A stretch of DNA of 64,000 bases from Dictyostelium discoideum (lineage: Eukaryota), in the NCBI GenBank assembly GCA_000004695.1, contig CM000152.2, positions 1,760,001 to 1,824,000 on the forward strand. The letters run 5' to 3'. Every line of letters starts with the position of its first letter. Position 1 is the first letter of the stretch. This document shows positions 1-12,386 of the stretch, piece after piece. The position numbers were made by a program, and so were the translations under genes. A model generated the notes under the pieces. It saw only the letters and a program-made list of their open reading frames with translations. It ran no database searches and had not been told where the DNA came from.

Positions 1-513
1 TAATAAAATAAAAAAAAAAATATTTTATATGTAATAATATAAAATAAAAATTCAAAATTGTATTCAAAAAAGTGGTAATTTAGAGTGATCAAAAATAAAC
101 AAATTTTTTAAAAAAAAAAACAGAATTGATTAGGGACAGGTTTATAAAAGTGTTTAGATTCAGTTTTATTATATTATAATAATAAAGCATATAATCGAAA
201 ATTAAAATATTGTTGGAATTAGGTTATGCAGATCAAAATTATTTATAGATGGTTACGCGACCAGAATGTCACTCTCTAAAAATTCGTATTTTTTTTTTTT
301 TTTTTTTTCAATTTTTTTTTTTTCGTCTTTCAAATTTTTTTTTTTTTTTTTTTTTTTTTCATTTTGATTGTTATTTTCACTTCATCAACAAATCACCGTA
401 TATATATTTTTTTTCTTTTTTTTCCCCCACTATTTCAATATCATTTTCAAATATAAAAAAAAATTATTCTAACAATTTTCTTTTTTCTTTTTTTTTTTTT
501 TAAAAAAAATTAG

Positions 514-960
514 ATGGCCACCACTGCTGTTACCCTTAAAGACGTCTGCCCACAAGAATTCATTGCTACCTACGCAAGATTCTTAAAGAAAACTGGTCGT
601 GTTCAAATCCCAAAATGGAATGATATCGCCAAAACTGCCACCTACAGAGAACTCCCACCAACCAACCCAGATTGGATTTACTACAGAATTGCCACCCTTG
701 CCCGTAAAGTTTACATCCGTGGTGGTGATGGTGTTGCAACCTACAGAAGAGTTTTCGGTGGTAACCGTAGAAACGGTGTCAGACCAAATCACTTTGCCGA
801 TGTCAATGGTGGAAACATCCGTTATTGTTTAAAACAATTACAAAACTTAAAAGTCATTGAAACCGACGCTGTCAAAGGTGGTCGTACCATCACTGCTACC
901 GGCCGTAGAGATCTCGACAGAATCGCCAAGCAAATCTATGACAAAAAAAACAAAATCTAA
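514..960 (+). CDS. rps19: 40S ribosomal protein S19 (eS19), single exon, 148 aa
   Basis: Complete ORF MATTAVTLKDVCPQEFIATYARFLKK...GRRDLDRIAKQ aligns end to end with the eS19 family (human RPS19: MPGVTVKDVNQQEF...GQRDLDRIAGQ). T-rich promoter-like tracts at 290-360 upstream. Codon usage typical of highly expressed Dictyostelium genes (GGT, CGT, ACC). Confidence 0.93.
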   Translation: MATTAVTLKDVCPQEFIATYARFLKKTGRVQIPKWNDIAKTATYRELPPTNPDWIYYRIATLARKVYIRGGDGVATYRRVFGGNRRNGVRPNHFADVNGGNIRYCLKQLQNLKVIETDAVKGGRTITATGRRDLDRIAKQIYDKKNKI

Positions 961-1271
961 ATAATCACGATTTAAGTATTTAAATGTTTTGCAACAAAGA
1001 TTAACAAAATATAATAAAAACTAAAAAAAAAAAAAAAAAGCAAAAAAAAAAAAAACACCTATTTTAAATTTTTCTTTTTTATTATTATATATATATATGT
1101 ATACATTTATTTGTTTTTTTAAAGTGGGGAAAAAAAACAATGTATTTGTTTTTACAACTAATTAAATTGTATAAACATACATTATTTGGAATTTTTGATT
1201 TTGTTTTTGCGAAAGTAAATCCTATTTTTTTTTTTTTTTTTTTTTTTTTTGTTTCCTTTTGTTTTTTTCTT

Positions 1272-1904
1272 TTAAGTTCTCTTTAATTCATATTCTATTG
1301 CAGATAAATCATTTGAATTGTTTACAACAAAATCAGAAGGAGTTGGTGATAATTTTATATTACCCCAAATGTTTACATATAAACGCATAAACCCATTAAA
1401 TACTTTAATAATTCCATTTCTTAATATAATTGTATTACCTGGCTGTACAACATCATTTTGTTCTGTTGATTTTTTTACAATTAAAAATATATATTAAATA
1501 ATAATAAAAAATAAAGAAAATTGTTAATAATAATAATAATTAATAGTTTTTAACAAAATAAAAAAAATAATTTACCATTTTTAACAGTTAATATAATTGT
1601 ACCAGTTTCATCACCAACAACAGCTTCTGATATCATTTCTTTCTTATCTTTATTCTTTTCAATTACAACTTTTGTACTAACTACTTTTAAAATTAAATTA
1701 TGACCTGTTGACATTGGTTTTAAAGATGATACCTTTGAAACTAAAATAATAATAAAATATAAAAAAAGTTTGTTAGTATACCAATTTTTTTTTTTTTTAT
1801 TTTTTAAAAATAATAATAAAAATATCTCTCATTTTATTTTACTTTATTATAATATACATACAAGTTGGTTGTGTTAAAGGTGGTGCATTATTTTCAGTGG
1901 ACAT
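1272..1904 (-). CDS. OB-fold ssDNA-binding protein, hSSB/NABP (SOSS-B)-like paralog; 3 exons join(1904..1862,1740..1576,1462..1272), ~132 aa
   Basis: Exon 1 ATG TCC ACT GAA...ACT T | GTATGT donor; acceptor ...TTATTTTAG at 1741-1742; exon 2 ends AAAAATG | GTAAAT; acceptor ...ATCAACAG at 1463-1464. Spliced product ...LKPMSTGHNLILKVVSTKVVIEKNKDKKEMISEAVVGDETGTIILTVKNEQNDVVQPGNTIILRNGIIKVFNGFMRLYVNIWGNIKL... follows the hSSB1 pattern (KP..[10 protein letters not shown]...[14 protein letters not shown]...[12 protein letters not shown]...F.G.LTLY). It is not in the ORF track because every exon is below 60 aa. Confidence 0.5.
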
Positions 1905-2683
1905 TATGTTTAATTATATGTTTTAAATAAAGAAGAAAAAAAAAAAAAAAAAAAAAAAAAAATTTAATAAAAAAAAGATGCAAATAGGATCGTATAGATT
2001 TCGATATTTAGAAATAATCTGAAAATAAAAAAAAAAAATAAAAAAAAAAAAATATTGATTAAAAATAAAAAATTAATTTATGAAAATATTAATAAAAAAA
2101 AAAAAAAAAAAACCAGTGCAAATTCAATATAAAAAAAAAAAATTAATTTGTGAAAATAATAAAAAAAAAAATAAAAAAAAAAATTAAAAATAAAAAAAAA
2201 ATTAAAGTAAAAAAAAAAAATAAAAAAAAAATGCAAATATATATGTGTGTGAACATCATCTTATTTTAATATAACTAAATAAAAAAGGTTACCTTTATTT
2301 TATTTATTTTTTTAATTTACAAATTGGGTCAGATTTTTTTTTTTTACTTTAATTTTGGACAACTTAAATTCTTCCAAATTCGAATTATTGAATAAAAACA
2401 TTTGCCAAACTACTGATGAAAATTATTGCTCAAATATATTTTAATAATAATGAAAATAATTTCCAATAATAAATATATAACTCTAAAAAAAAAAAACTTT
2501 GATAATTAAAAAAAGGTTAAAAATTTAATTTTTGTATCCATTTTTATTATTATTATTTATAATGTAAAGTTTTTTTGAGATAAAAAGATAAATAATAATT
2601 AAAAATAAAAAATTAAAAGATTTAAAAATTTAAATAATATATTTTTTTTATTTTTATTTTATTTTATTTATTAGTTTATATTT

Positions 2684-5261
2684 TTATTCTTTATTAGCAT
2701 AAATTTCTCTAAATTGTTTAGCAACTTTAACCATATTAATTAAAGCTAATCTTGTAGTTTCTGGTTCTCTAGTTTTAAGACCACAATCTGGATTAATCCA
2801 TAAGAGATTAGTTGAGAGATATTTAAGCATTTGTTCAACACGATCTTTCATATCTTCAACAGATGGAATTCTTGGAGAGTGAATATCATAGAGACCTGGA
2901 CCAATTTCATTTGTGTAACCATATTTTTCAAAAGCTTTTAAGAGTTTGAGATCAGATTTTGAATTTTCAATAGTTAAAACATCAGTATCCATTCTTTGAA
3001 TTGATTCAAAGATATCATTGAAATCTGAATAACACATATGGGAGTGAATTTGAGTACTATCTTTAACACCAGTGCTTGATAATAAGAAAGAGTCAATTGC
3101 CCATTTAAGATATTGATTCCAATCGGATAAACGCAATGGAAGACCTTCACGAATTGCTGGTTCATCGATTTGAATACAAGCAATACCTTTATTTTCTAAA
3201 TCGGTAACTTCATCACGAATGGCTAAACCAATTTGGAAACAAGTTTCAGAACGTGGTTGGTCATCACGAACAAATGACCATTGAAGGATTGTAACTGGAC
3301 CAGTTAACATACCTTTCATTGGTTTGGTTGTGAGGGTTTGAGCAAATGTGGTATATTCAAGAGTCATTGGAACTGGTCTATTAACATCACCATAGATAAT
3401 TGGTGGTTTAACACAACGACTACCATAACTTTGTACCCAACCATTTTGAGTGAAAACGAAACCAGCTAAATATTCACCAAAATATTCAACCATATCGGTT
3501 CTTTCAAATTCACCATGTACTAAAACATCCAATTCACATTCTTCTTGAACTTTAATACATTTTCTAATTTCATCACGAATGAATTGATCATAAGCTTCTG
3601 GTGTGATTTTCTTTGATTTAAAGTTACTTCTTGCTAAACGGACTTCTTTAGTTTGTGGGAATGAACCAATAGTAGTGGTTGGGAATAATGCTGGAAGAGT
3701 AGTTAATCTTTTTCTTTGGGCTTCACGACGAACTGGGAATGGATTTTCACGTTTTAACATTGATGGAGTAATTTCAGTAACTCTCTTTTTAACGATATCA
3801 TTATGAATTAATTTTGATTCTCTTCTCTTTTGATTTGATTCTTTATTTAATTGATAATATTCTTTAATTTTTGAACAAGTATCTTCTGGGAAAGTAATAG
3901 TATTTTCAGTGGTAAAAGTACATTTATTAAGAGCGTAGGTAAGGAAAGAAATTTCTTTTAATTTCTCTAATGAGAAAGCTAACCAATCTAAGACTTGACT
4001 TTCAACTCTACCAATTTCACGAGTTAATGAATGTGGACAATGTAATAATGAACAAGATGGTGCCAATAAAATTCTATCACTACCAGTTTTGGCGATAATA
4101 TTCTTTAAGGTAACTAATGATTTAGTTAAATCATTCTTCCAAACATTTCTACCATCGATAATACCAATTGAAATTGTCCATGAGGTTGGAATTTTAGTTA
4201 AAACACTTTCAACTTCACTTGATGAACTTCTAATAGTATCAATATGAATACCATTTACTGGTAATGAAGTAATTAAATCAATATTTTCACGAATTTCACC
4301 GAAATAAGTTGCAATTAAAATATTAATATTTGGGGCAGCTTTATGAATTACATTAAAAGCAGTGGTATAAGCATTTTTAATTAATTCAGTTTCAAAGAGA
4401 TCAAAACATAAAACTGGTTCATCGATTTGAACAGATTTAACACCAATCTTTTCAAATTGTTTGAAAAGTTCTTCATAGACACCTAATAAAGCATTGAGGT
4501 GAACTAATGAATCGAATTTACTTGAATATGGTTTTGAACTATCACTTGATTTACCTAATAAAAGGAAAGAGATTGGGCCAAGAACAACTGGACGAGTTTC
4601 AATATCAATTGATTTTGCTTCTAAGAATTCGTGAATTGGTTTTGGTTCACTATAACCACCATAGTTTGTTAATTTGAATTGTTGAGAATCTTCAAATTCT
4701 GGTACAATGTAGTGATAATTTGTATCGAACCATTTCTTCATTTCCATACTACCAACATCGATTGATTTCTCAACTTTTGATGCAAATGCACCTTGAGTAT
4801 TGGTTTCTGAAACTTGGGTGGCTGCTTTTGAAGTTTGATAACCACGACCCATAGCGAAATAAGTACGTAAACCATTTGAACCATCTTCAATTTCAGATTC
4901 AACAACTGGAGTATAACGTTTTGGAATGGCACCAAATAAGTGAATATGATCTAAAACTTGATCATATAATGAAAAATCATTACTTGGAATAATTTCAATA
5001 CCAGCTTCCTTTTGTAATTTCCAATGATTAATTCTAATTTCTTTTAATTCCTTTTGGAATTGGGTTTCTTCAACTTTACCCTATTTTTAAAAAAAAAATT
5101 TTAAAAAATTTTAATTTTAATAAATTTATTTTATATTAAATATTTTATTTTAAAATAAAATTAAATTTTAGAAAACTTACTTGCCAATAGTTTTCAACTA
5201 ATTTCTTTAATTCACGGTTTTCACCCATTCTTGGGAAACCTAAATTTGATGATGAAACCAT
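2684..5261 (-). CDS. 5-methyltetrahydropteroyltriglutamate--homocysteine S-methyltransferase (cobalamin-independent methionine synthase, MetE); 2 exons join(5261..5181,5080..2684), ~825 aa
   Basis: The 722-aa ORF (2684..4852) carries MetE hallmarks throughout both barrel domains. Its in-frame region extends to 5080 and is preceded by the acceptor ...AAAAATAG. An upstream 81-nt exon encodes MVSSSNLGFPRMGENRELKKLVENYWQ, the canonical MetE N-terminus (MV.S..LGFPR.G..RELKK..E.YW), with a GTAAGT donor at 5180-5175. Phase 0 at both junctions. Confidence 0.92.
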
Positions 5262-5363
5262 TTTTTTATTTATTTAAAAATTTACTTATTTTGATAAGGT
5301 TAAATATAAAAAAAAAAAAGAGAATTGATTTGTTTTAAAAAATTATTTTCCAATTTTATAGTT

Positions 5364-5409
<46 letters not shown>

Positions 5410-6421
5410 AAAAAAAAAATAATAATTAAATTAAAAATAAATAAAAAAATAATTACGAAATAATATTACCAAACTGGTAGTATCTTATTGACTGTATATT
5501 CAAAAAAAAAAAAAAACAAAACAAAAAAAAAGGAAAATAAATCACCATAATGACTAATGGTATTGGAAATTATAATAATTTAAATTTAATAACCTAATTT
5601 TTTTTTTTTTTTTCCAAGCTTTTACAAAAACTAAACTTATCCCCATTGACGTGTAAATAATACAAAAATGATTTTTCATATTAGAAAAAGTATTTAAGAT
5701 GAAAATCATTTTGTATACACGTCAATGGGTTTTTTTTTTTTTTTGGTTTAAATTTGCATTTGGTTGGGGAAAAAAAAAAAAAAAAAAAAAAATATCTAAT
5801 GGCACTGAACAAGCACAATTAAATTTCACCCAATCTTATATGTTGTTGACTCAACAACTTCAAGGTTGATATTTGAAAATATTAGAAAATGAAAAAAAAA
5901 AAAAAAAAATAATATTGCAAAAAATTACCTTTACAATTGATTAAAAAAAATTTTTTTTTTTTTTTTTTATTTTATTATTTTTCTTTATTGTTATTACATT
6001 TCCTGAAAATGTAATTTAGAGACAATAATTGATTTTTCTATTAACAATATTTTTAAAATATTTTTATTCTTTTACTATTTTTTTTTTAATTATTATATTT
6101 TTTTTTCTTTATTTTATCATTCTATTATTTCTGTTACTTGAAAAAATAAATTGATATTATTTTTTATTAATTTTTTTTTTTTTTTAATCCAATATATTTA
6201 TTGAGAATGACCAAATTATATTTAAAAGGGAAATTTGAATGGAAAAAAAAAATAATTGAAAAAATTCTTATATTCTTTTAAATTTATTATTACAAAATAA
6301 AATAAAATAAAATAAAAATTATCTCAAATTAAATTTAAACAATATAAAATTTACACTTTAAAGAATGAATGTTTTTTTTTTTTATGAATATAGTTTTTAT
6401 AATTTATGTGTGAACAATTGT

Positions 6422-7386
6422 TTATTTCTTTCCACCAATAACAATACCATCATAAGTGGTTTTGAACCAGTTAACGGCATCTTCTTTACCGATTTTATGT
6501 TGGAAACCAACTTTAGCACCGGCTCTCTTTTTGTGAGCAACACGGAAACCTGGACGTGAAAGTACGACGAAGAAATCCATACCGTAAATACCGATTGATG
6601 GATCGTATTTAATACCTAAATCGATGTGTTCTTGGATACCAAAACCAAATGAACCTTGGGTTGAGAAGTTACGGGCACGGAGTTCGAATTCTCTAACTTT
6701 GAGACCTTTTTCTAAGATTTCAGCAGCTTTTTCACCACGGACAGTGACGTGAGCAGCGATTTGTTCATTACGACGAATGTTGAAAGATCTGACAGTGTAA
6801 CGAGCTATAATTTTTAATATTATGGTTAGTCTATGGTATTATTTTTAGTTATTATTATTTAAATAATTTACCTTTAGAGTAGACTGGGGTTTGACCAGTT
6901 AATTGTTCAAGTACTTTAGCAGCACGAACTAATCTATCACCAGATTCACCAACACAAATGTTGAGAACTAACTTTTCAATTCTGAGACCTCTCATGACAT
7001 TGTCTTTCTTTGATTTTTTGGTTTCAACTGGTGTAGTTGCTTCTGGTGCTTTGACGGCAACCTTAGTAGCGTTTTTGGTGGCAGCTTTGGCAGACTGTCA
7101 TTAAATAAAATGTTAATTTCTTTTTTACTTTCTGTGTAATTGTGAAATATAAGGAGGGTGATAGGTTTTTTTTAATGTTTAAACTTTTTTGACTATCTAT
7201 TTCATATTGTATATCCATTATCGTTATCATACTGTCATTATCAATCCTTGTTAATCTTTAATAATCTTTAATTAATCCACATCAACTATTTAATTTCAAC
7301 CTATAGTCCAAACATTAAACCAAACACCCACCTATATTTTCATACATATAAAATGATATATATAGACATCGCATAATACATACCAT
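6422..7386 (-). CDS. rpl11: 60S ribosomal protein L11 (uL5); 3 exons join(7386..7384,7094..6872,6804..6422), ~202 aa
   Basis: The two larger exons encode ...[46 protein letters not shown] | [82 protein letters not shown]..., about 75 percent identical to human RPL11. Intron 6805..6871 runs GTAAAT...TATAG. The upstream reading frame is closed by TGA just before the acceptor ...AATGACAG (7095-7100). The nearest start is an ATG followed immediately by GTATGT at 7386-7381, giving an ATG-only first exon and a 289-nt intron. The N-terminal extension [33 protein letters not shown] contains the conserved KKDNVMR.LRI motif, so it is coding. Confidence 0.8.
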
Positions 7387-7866
7387 TTTGTGGATGGAAG
7401 ATAAAACGTAAAAATTGAAAAATTGTGAGGATTTTTCTCAACACCAATAAATTTTTTTTTTTTAAAAATTGAAAAAAAAAAATTGAAAAACCTAAAGCCT
7501 AACGTTTTTTTTTTTTTTTTTTTGTTTGAAAAAGGATTAGGGCGAGAATTTTTTTTTTTTTTAATTTATTTATTTATTTTTTTTAGATGACAAATTTTTG
7601 AGATTAAAATAAAGTTAAAAAGGGGAATTATTAAAAAAATAAAAAAAAAAAAATAAATGAATAAAGAAAAAAAAAAAAAAATAATAATAAATAAAAATAA
7701 ATAAAAAAAAAAAAAAAAAAAAAGCACTATTTTTTATAAACAATTATTTTCAAGAAAAATCTTTTTTTTTTTTTAATTTAAATGCAAAGGAAATTATTCA
7801 TTTTTGGTTTGTGGATTATTTATTATTTGCAAATAAGATATCACCTTTGGAAAAAACCAAAAAATA

Positions 7867-7897
<31 letters not shown>

Positions 7898-8230
7898 TGA
7901 TTTATAAAAATTCAAACCCCCTTCAAATAGTTTTTTTGAAATTATTGTTTAGATATTTTAATATAATATTTTGATTTTATAATTTGATATATTAAAATAA
8001 CAGCCTGGTAAACGATTCCATTTATGTATATTTTTAATTTATTTTAATTTTTTTTTTTTAATTTTTTTTTAATTTTTTTTTTTTTTTTTTTTTTTTTTTT
8101 CAATTTTTTATTTTTTTTTTTTTTATAATTATTTTTTTTTTTTTTTGTCAATACACTAAAAGTTAAATTAAATCAATAAATAAAAAGATAATTAAACTAA
8201 ATAGCTTTAGTTTGTATTTATAATTAAAAA

Positions 8231-9370
8231 ATGGATGGATTTGAAGATCAAGAATTGGTTTCAATGGAGTTATTACAGATGGTATTATTAAAAAATTTTT
8301 TTTTTTTTATTAAAAAATTAAATAAATAAATAAATAAATAAATAAAACTAACAGTTATTATTATTATTTTATTATCTTTTATTATTATTATTATTATTTA
8401 ATATTAAATAGCAAAATGAATCATATTGGTTAATTCAAAGAGAAGTACCAACAGTTTGTAAAAGGGTTAGAACCATTGTAAATGTGAGTTTATAATTCAT
8501 TCATTCATTCATTCATTCATTCATTCATTGATTCATTCATTCATTCATTCATTCATTCATTCATTCATTGATTCATTCATTCATTCATTCATTCATTCAT
8601 TCATTGATTCATTCATTCATTCATTCATTCATTCATTCATTCATTGATTCATTCATTCATTCATTCATTCATTCATTCATTCATTCATTCATTCATTCAT
8701 TCATTCATTCATTCATTCATTCATTCATTCATTCATTCATTCATTCATTCATTCATTCATTCATTGATTTATTCATTCATTAATTCATTGATTTATTCAT
8801 TCATTAATTAATTTAAATATACTAATGTTTTTATATTTACTATAATTTTTTTTTTATTTTTTTATTTTTTTTTAGAAATGTTTAGAGTTATTACACCCAA
8901 TCGATCGAACTGAAGAAGATAAGGAAAATATAGATGAAGAAGATAAAAGTAAAAATAAAAAGAATGAGAATTTAAATAAAAATCAAGAGCCAGAGGAAGA
9001 GGATAATGAGGTGAATGAATTATTTGATATATTAAAATTTAATGAGGAAGATTCTAAAAAAGTTGGAACTGAGAAATTTGAAACTCTAGAGTATGTATGA
9101 ACTTTAATAATATTGGATTGGATGCAATAATTTTATTTTTTTTTTTAAAAAAAAAAAAAATAATAATATATACAAAATAATAATTTTGATAAATTTATAC
9201 AGAGGAAGTAGAGGTGTTTTAAAGTTAAATGGTTGGTTAGTAAATTCAAATGATCTACATATTAAAACAAAGAGTAAAACAAATAATCCAGTCATGTATA
9301 AAGATACTATTTCAAAATCATCACCTTGGAGATTAAATCAAGTATGTAATTATTTCTTTTTTTTGTAATC

Positions 9371-9430
<60 letters not shown>

Positions 9431-9707
9431 TTAATAACAAATTTAAATCAAAACATTTTTAGATTCAAAATGCATATAATCATCTTCAATTTGTAGAATC
9501 CGAATTAACAGGTATTATTAACTTTGCTCAAAGATATGTACCCACTTTTGTAAATTTTTCAACCCCACAACAATTAAATAATAATGCTAATAGTGGCATT
9601 GGTACCCTTAATAATAATAATAATAATAATATTGGTAGTAGTTTAGAATCATCATCGTCATTTGTTTCGAATAACAGTAATAATATAGATGGTAACTATC
9701 CTTTTTG

Positions 9708-9738
<31 letters not shown>

Positions 9739-10354
9739 AGATTTTAATTTTTTTATTTTTTCTTCTTCTTCTTCTCAAAAAAAAAAGGTTGTAATACATT
9801 TACAGGTAATAGTGGTAATGGTATAGTACCACCAGAATTATTATCATTATTTGAAATTATAAAATCAATTGGAGAATGGATATCATTAGCAAAGGATGAA
9901 TTATTATTACCAAGTAAAGATGTTTTTCCAATTACATTATTTCAAAGAAATCTATTAAAAAATTTACCACCAGATTTACATATTGATATTACAGTTTCCA
10001 ATTGTGATATTGTTTTTAGTATACACGAATTACAAATTTCATCATCTGATTCTGGTCAAAATTTGGGTGGAATTGGTGGTAGTGGTGGTAGTATTGGCGG
10101 AGGAGGTGGTGGTGGTTTAAGTGGTAGTGGTTCTCATCATCATCATCATAATAATAATAATAATAATAATCATCATCATTCAAGCCCAAGTAAATTTTTA
10201 AAAAAATCTGCAAATAAATTGGTTGGAGGTGGAAGTCCACATCCACAACATATGCAACAACAAATAAATGGTGCATCAAATGGTCATAATAATAATGGTA
10301 ATAATAATGGTTCTCAACCAAATGGCAATAATCAAGGTAATAATAATGGTATTA

Positions 10355-10420
<66 letters not shown>

Positions 10421-10657
10421 GCAATAATAATGGTATTAATAATAATAATAATCAACAACAACCACCAAATAATCAATCACAATCACAACCAACTTCATCA
10501 ACAAGTACACCACAAACTTCTCAACCAACTTTATCAACATCTTCCACTATTCCAAGAAATAATAGTGGTAATAATTTATCAAACTCAACAGGTAATAATA
10601 ATAGTAATAACAACAACAACAATAACAACAATAGCGGTAATAATAGTAATGATAATA

Positions 10658-10751
<94 letters not shown>

Positions 10752-11080
10752 ATCACCAAATATGTCAACTTTAGTGGAAGAAGATTTTAATACCAACCCA
10801 CCTGATCAATATTCAAAGAAAACTTAGTAAGTTTTATTTTTATTTTATTTTTTTTTGTTTTTAAAAATTTTCTATTAACATTTTTTTATTTATTTTTTCA
10901 TTTTCCTTTTTCAGTCAAATGAATAAGCAAGGTAGTGTCCAATGGGTTACAGTAATAGAGCACAGTGAATCTAGAATTCCAGTTAAAAAATTCTCTGATA
11001 CATTTGCATTGATGACAAGCGCATATGATAAATTGGCAGATTTAAGTGAAAAGTTTATGGTCTTATCAAATACAAGCTAA
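8231..11080 (+). CDS. uncharacterised multi-exon protein (~630 aa) with Gly/His/Asn low-complexity core; exons 8231..8281, 8412..8483, 8876..9090, 9203..9341, 9463..9691, 9806..10826, 10915..11080
   Basis: Start MDGFEDQELVSMELLQM then a GTATTA donor. All junctions are canonical GT...AG (GTGAGT, GTATGT, GTATGT, GTAACT, GTAAGT donors; TTTAG, TACAG, TTTAG, TTTACAG, TTTCAG acceptors) and keep phase with the ORF-track frames (9186..9368 and 10063..10827). The last intron removes the TAG stop at 10825-10827 (AAAACTTA | GTAAGT) and appends YQMNKQGSVQWVTVIEHSESRIPVKKFSDTFALMTSAYDKLADLSEKFMVLSNTS*. No family assignment could be made by eye. Confidence 0.5.
8497..8800. repeat. (TCAT)n microsatellite, ~75 units with occasional TGAT/TAAT variants, inside intron 2 of the 8231-11080 gene
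   Basis: Direct reading: tcattcattcattcattcattcattgattcattc... It creates a spurious ORF (HSFIHSFI...) in the ORF track. Confidence 0.9.
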
Positions 11081-11917
11081 AAGAGTTTATGTAAAAAAAA
11101 AATAATAAATAAATAAATAAATAATAAAGCTTTAGCAATCAAAAGGGATGGTTTAATTGTCATTCCAAAATAATTATCCTTTATAGGACCATTAAGTTTT
11201 AAAATTTTAATACCTTTTCTAAACAAATTTTATCTGACAAAAAATCCTTTCTTTTTTTTTTTTTTTTTTTTTTTGAATTAGAGTTTAGAAATTAAAGACA
11301 ATAAAAAATAATTAGCGATTTTTATTTTTTTATTTTAAAAATTTTAAAGTTGTTTATGAAATAGAACAAATAAATTTAAATGTATTGGTCAAATATTTGG
11401 ATTTTTAAAATTGATTGGGTCTTAGGAAATTTTATGATAATATTTTTTTTATGATTATTGAAATAAAATAAAAAATGATTACTTAATAAATTAAATGAGA
11501 AACCTCATTACAATTATAATATCTTAAATATGTGTCAAATTATATTTCAAATAATTTTAAACACCTTTGCTTTCATTACAAATTTAGAATATCTTATTTT
11601 GTGCCAAAGTATTCAAATATTAATTTTATATTGATTGTGTCATATGATATGGTATTAGTATAAACATGAAAATAATTTTCTTTTCAATTCTAATTGTTGA
11701 TCACATTTTCAAGAGTTAAAGCTACAAATAAATAAATTAAAAAATAAATATATTAAATAAATAAAAGAATATTAAATTTAAGCTTTTGTTACATTATAAT
11801 CATTACATAAAATTCATTGCATTAACCTGCGTTGAAATTAGACCACTTTCGTTACAAACTCACATAACAATAAAATTAAAAAAACATACACATGGTTATT
11901 ATTATTATTATAATTAT

Positions 11918-12306
11918 CTATTTATTTATTTTAGGGGTTTTTTCAATATATTCTTGATAAGTTTGAGTTGGTATAATTTCTTTGGATAGTTCATCCAAAC
12001 ATTGCACCATATAGTCAAAAACTGATTGATTCCAATCTTGCTGGCCTTTAATATGCAACTGATTTTTTGATACATCTGTTGAGTTGAATCCCAAACATAC
12101 CAACTCTATATTTTCTTTGATATAACCTTTTTTATTGTCAAGTCTATTCAATGACATTTGGAAAACACGTTCATCATTATCAATTTCACGGCTGTACAAC
12201 ATTATAATACCACTAAGATTACATTTACCTCTTTGAATTTTAATATCGTCGTCATCAATAATTTCTTGACTTTTTATTAATGAAAGTGTTGAAGAAAATA
12301 ATGAAG

Positions 12307-12386
<80 letters not shown>

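Noticed and set aside
2974-4935. Short ORFs 2974..3183-, 3603..3806+, 4738..4935-
   Set aside because: Internal alternative frames of the MetE gene.
8568-8783. ORF encoding (HSFI)n
   Set aside because: It is the (TCAT)n microsatellite inside an intron.
10268-10796. Poly-Ile, poly-Leu and poly-Tyr ORFs (10268..10774+, 10276..10476-, 10521..10796-, 10547..10768-)
   Set aside because: Alternative frames of the (AAT)n/(CAA)n coding repeats inside exon 6 of the 8231-11080 gene.
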